DNA from: Blastocystis sp. subtype 4
Lineage: Eukaryota
Length of the DNA: 33,209 bases
Direction: 5' to 3'
NCBI RefSeq assembly: GCF_000743755.1
Contig: NW_014569450.1
Span: 1-33,209 of the forward strand
Part shown: positions 32,474-33,209 of the stretch, in pieces
Layout of the letters: the number at the start of each line of letters is the position of its first letter
Numbering within the stretch: the stretch's first letter is position 1
Notes under the pieces: model-generated
The model's input: the letters and a program-made list of their open reading frames with translations, nothing else
Told to the model about the DNA's origin: nothing
The model's database searches: none
Made by a program: the position numbers and the translations under genes

Positions 32474-32678
32474 TTAGAAGAGTTTGTGAAGCAGATGAAG
32501 AACAACAACACCAGCAACGAAAATAACACTCGTCATGAGCACAGCATAAGGAGTCCTAATCATTACTAATCCATCCATATGAATACAGTTCAATTCCAGT
32601 CACAGTCGACTTTCCAAAAGAACCAGCACTGGAGGTATTCTTAGGCTTCGAAACGGTCTTTGTAATTGCAGTGGCCAT
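32474..32678 (-). CDS. SEC61B: Protein translocon subunit Sec61 beta; not in the ORF track
   Basis: One 31-nt intron gives MATAITKTVSKPKNTSSAGSFGKSTVTGIELTPYAVLMTSVIFVAGVVVLHLLHKLF*, matching the Sec61beta GxxxxPxxVLxxSxxFxxxVxxLH tail anchor. Confidence 0.85.
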
Positions 32679-32986
32679 TTTAAAGTTGCTTACTACGAAT
32701 GTTAATAATGATTGACAAAGCAGTCATGAAATGCAATGCGGAAAATAGGGACTTCTTTTGGAATACAGACGAAATAGCCAAGTCCCATGGAGATTGTGTG
32801 TAATTGATTCCAGAAATCCGCATAATGATACTTACATGTGTATCTGTCTTGAAATAAAAGAGAAAACAAAGAATCAAAGGGAACTCCCCCAGATTCACAA
32901 TCTCTGTAATTAGTTTCTGCTTAAGAATCAATGGCCCTTCTCGTTTATTGCAATCTCTTTGTCTTGCCGTATATTTGTGCTCTACT

Positions 32987-33209
32987 ATGGTAGGTAAAAT
33001 GAAAAGCTAGCTGAGAGATATCTCCACTTTCCTTCTTAGTGTAATTTGCGGTAGCTGTTAACCAGTCGTTCTACCGTCTCTGTTCTTTATTTTGGTTTTA
33101 TATTCTAATTTCTCTGTAGACTCGCGGCCCTAAGAAGCATTTGAAGCGTTTGAATGCCCCTAAGCACTGGATGCTTAACAAGATGGGAGGTGTGTGGGCT
33201 CCTCATCCC
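32987..33209 (+). CDS. RPS4: 40S ribosomal protein S4 (eS4), 5' part; not in the ORF track
   Basis: ATG at 32987-32989, 130-nt GT-AG intron (32990-33119), then [30 protein letters not shown]. Confidence 0.95.

Noticed and set aside
32828..32979. U1 snRNA-like ATACTTACATG and a downstream Sm-like ATATTTGTG
   Set aside because: Mismatch in the 5' splice-site pairing sequence, no convincing U1 stem-loops, and the terminal stem would overlap the RPS4 start.

Overview
Gene-dense eukaryotic nuclear DNA (roughly 38% GC by eye), almost certainly Blastocystis sp. Three features support this: most genes are broken by ~28-36-nt GT-AG introns, nearly every gene ends next to a TGTTTGTT-like GU-rich polyadenylation element, and the window carries the archaeal-type SufCB fusion. 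Manual splicing gives about 18 protein-coding genes. They are a partial gene, eIF3c, a MORN-like/LRR CaaX protein, an ELL-like protein, a type I ER membrane protein, IST1-like, an NCL-type Na+/Ca2+ exchanger, a topoisomerase IB-like protein, SufCB, syntaxin-16, RPS29, an EGF-repeat surface protein, a pseudokinase-PH protein, CLASP-N, HGH1, PP4R1, alanine aminotransferase, Sec61beta and the 5' end of RPS4. There is also an intron-containing tRNA-Tyr(GTA). The most striking observation is a full-length, intact topoisomerase IB paralogue that appears to have lost all five catalytic residues, including the Tyr nucleophile, and whose stop codon appears to be created by polyadenylation. Other notable items are a polyadenylation-created stop that exposes a KxKxx ER-retrieval motif, an apparent GT-CG intron in SufCB, an apparent 1-nt frameshift in eIF3c and an unusually long, structured first intron in RPS4. 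Gene models were spliced by eye and homologies recalled from memory; no searches were run.
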